A stretch of 37,927 nucleotides of DNA. Origin: an uncultured Aquabacterium sp. (GTDB lineage Bacteria > Pseudomonadota > Gammaproteobacteria > Burkholderiales > Burkholderiaceae_C). Positions 36,754 through 37,927 of this stretch are shown here, piece by piece. Location of the stretch: NCBI GenBank assembly GCA_964413815.1, contig CAYPUS010000004.1, positions 1-37,927 of the forward strand, written 5' to 3'. Both the position numbers and the translations under genes were made by a program. The notes under the pieces are model-generated. The model saw only the letters and a list, made by a program, of their open reading frames with translations. It was not told the origin of the DNA and ran no database searches. Positions within the stretch are counted from its first letter, which is position 1. Every line of letters begins with the position of its first letter.

Positions 36754-37644
36754 TCAGAAACCTTCGACGATGAAGCGGCTGTATTCACCGGTGTTGATGC
36801 CGGTGCGCACCATCGCGTCATAGCGCATGTCGCCATCGAGGAAGCGCTTGAGCCAGGCGACGGTGGACTTGTTCATCACATTGGTTTGGGCCTTGGGCGC
36901 CAGGAAGGTGGCGCACAGGTGCCCGACGCCGCGCATCTCGATCTCGGCGCGGGGCAGCGTGGCCGGCAGGCTGGCGTAGAACACGTCCGAGTGCGTCTTG
37001 TTGGGCGCGATGAAGTCGGTCTCGCAGGCCACCACCAGCGCGGGCACCTGCATGCCGGCGAAGCTTTGTACGGTGTGCCAAGGCTGCAGGGCGACGATGG
37101 CCTTGAGCGTCGGATCGGCCAGCGCGGCCGAGAGCGCGGCACCGCCGCCCATGGAGTTGCCGACCACGGCGCGGCGCGTGGTGTCCGCCACCGCGGCATA
37201 CGGCGCCTGGCCGCTGCGCGCCAACTCCACCACGTGCTTGAGGCCGGCGGCCAGCGTGGCGGCGCGCACATCGGGGAAGTCACCCGGCGCGAGGCTGTCG
37301 AGGTTGGCCACCACGAAACCGTGCGAGGCGAACTTCTTGACCAAGCCCTCGTACACCGCCTGGAAGGCCAGGAAGCCCGGCATCATCGCCACCACACCGA
37401 AGGTCTGCCCCTGGGCACCCGTGGGGTAGTGCACCGTGGCGCCGCCATAGCCCAGGGGCTTGGCGGTGGCGGCTGGGATCTTGTAGGAGGCGACCGCGTA
37501 GGGGCCCGTGCCTTCCAGCAGGGCGGGCGTGGGCGCAGGGCCGTGTTCGACGGCGGCGGCGGGCAGCGCCAGCAAGGTCGAGGCCGCCAGGGCGACGGCG
37601 CCCAAGAGGCGGTTGGTGGCAAGGCGGGTGGCGGTGGTCATCAT
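36754..37644 (-). CDS. Secreted PETase/cutinase-like polyester hydrolase (alpha/beta hydrolase)
   Basis: Signal peptide; HGPAPT, GYGGATVHYPT, PGFLA, ASHGFVV, GNSMGGG (Ser), QPW, ACETDFIAP (Asp), GHLCA (His), VAWLKRFLDGDMRY. Confidence 0.88.
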   Translation of the reverse strand: MMTTATRLATNRLLGAVALAASTLLALPAAAVEHGPAPTPALLEGTGPYAVASYKIPAATAKPLGYGGATVHYPTGAQGQTFGVVAMMPGFLAFQAVYEGLVKKFASHGFVVANLDSLAPGDFPDVRAATLAAGLKHVVELARSGQAPYAAVADTTRRAVVGNSMGGGAALSAALADPTLKAIVALQPWHTVQSFAGMQVPALVVACETDFIAPNKTHSDVFYASLPATLPRAEIEMRGVGHLCATFLAPKAQTNVMNKSTVAWLKRFLDGDMRYDAMVRTGINTGEYSRFIVEGF

Positions 37645-37818
37645 GTGCGGGCTCCATCCATGCGTGAATGCGTGATCGGTTCGTCGCGCGCCGCATACCG
37701 GCTCGCGTTCAATCAGCATCGTATGGGACAGCCCAACCCGCACCACTGGCCGCAGCGGCCAATCGTTGACCAAAGGGCCCATCGTTTTCCCGCTCACCCG
37801 AAGCGGTAGTGGGCTGTC

Positions 37819-37927
37819 TCAGGGTGCCTTGCCTGCCGCCTGCAGTTTGTCCTGCGTCTTGGTGTCGAAGTCGCTGGCATCGTGCCGTTCGTGCAGCTGG
37901 TCCGCCAACTCGCCCCAGGTGCGGTTG
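37819..37927 (-). CDS. 3' end of an unidentified gene running off the window
   Basis: Minus frame ...NRTWGELADQLHERHDASDFDTKTQDKLQAAGKAP* with typical codon usage. Confidence 0.6.
   Translation of the reverse strand, partial: NRTWGELADQLHERHDASDFDTKTQDKLQAAGKAP

Overview
GC-rich bacterial chromosomal window. Gene content and codon style suggest Betaproteobacteria/Burkholderiales, plausibly the Aquabacterium-Rubrivivax group (inference only). The left part holds the 3' end of flhC followed by a candidate CU-rich sRNA/terminator, a secreted lipase-like hydrolase, a PEP-CTERM PQQ-type sugar dehydrogenase, a GNAT-containing hypothetical behind a long hairpin, a minimal chemoreceptor/CheX-like/CheY operon, a lipoprotein and acuI. 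The accessory core (9050-18273) is an orphan type VI secretion locus. It has vgrG with a transthyretin-like tail, a 535-aa effector with a TNT/ART-like motif pattern, four Imm71/Imm72-like immunity genes, and a 138-bp relic of a second effector allele still coupled to immunity gene 2. Further right are an HD hydrolase, an ABC/FtsX/AttH-like operon, a signalling cluster (sensorless HisKA_3 kinase, Aer-like receptor, PAS kinase, NarL regulator), and a sigma54- and GntR-controlled BMP/flavin reductase/deaminase/ferredoxin operon. The window ends with a methyltransferase, hypotheticals and a secreted PETase/cutinase-like hydrolase with an unusual residue set. No rRNA, tRNA, CRISPR or transposase was seen. 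All family calls are from motif recognition by eye; no searches were run.
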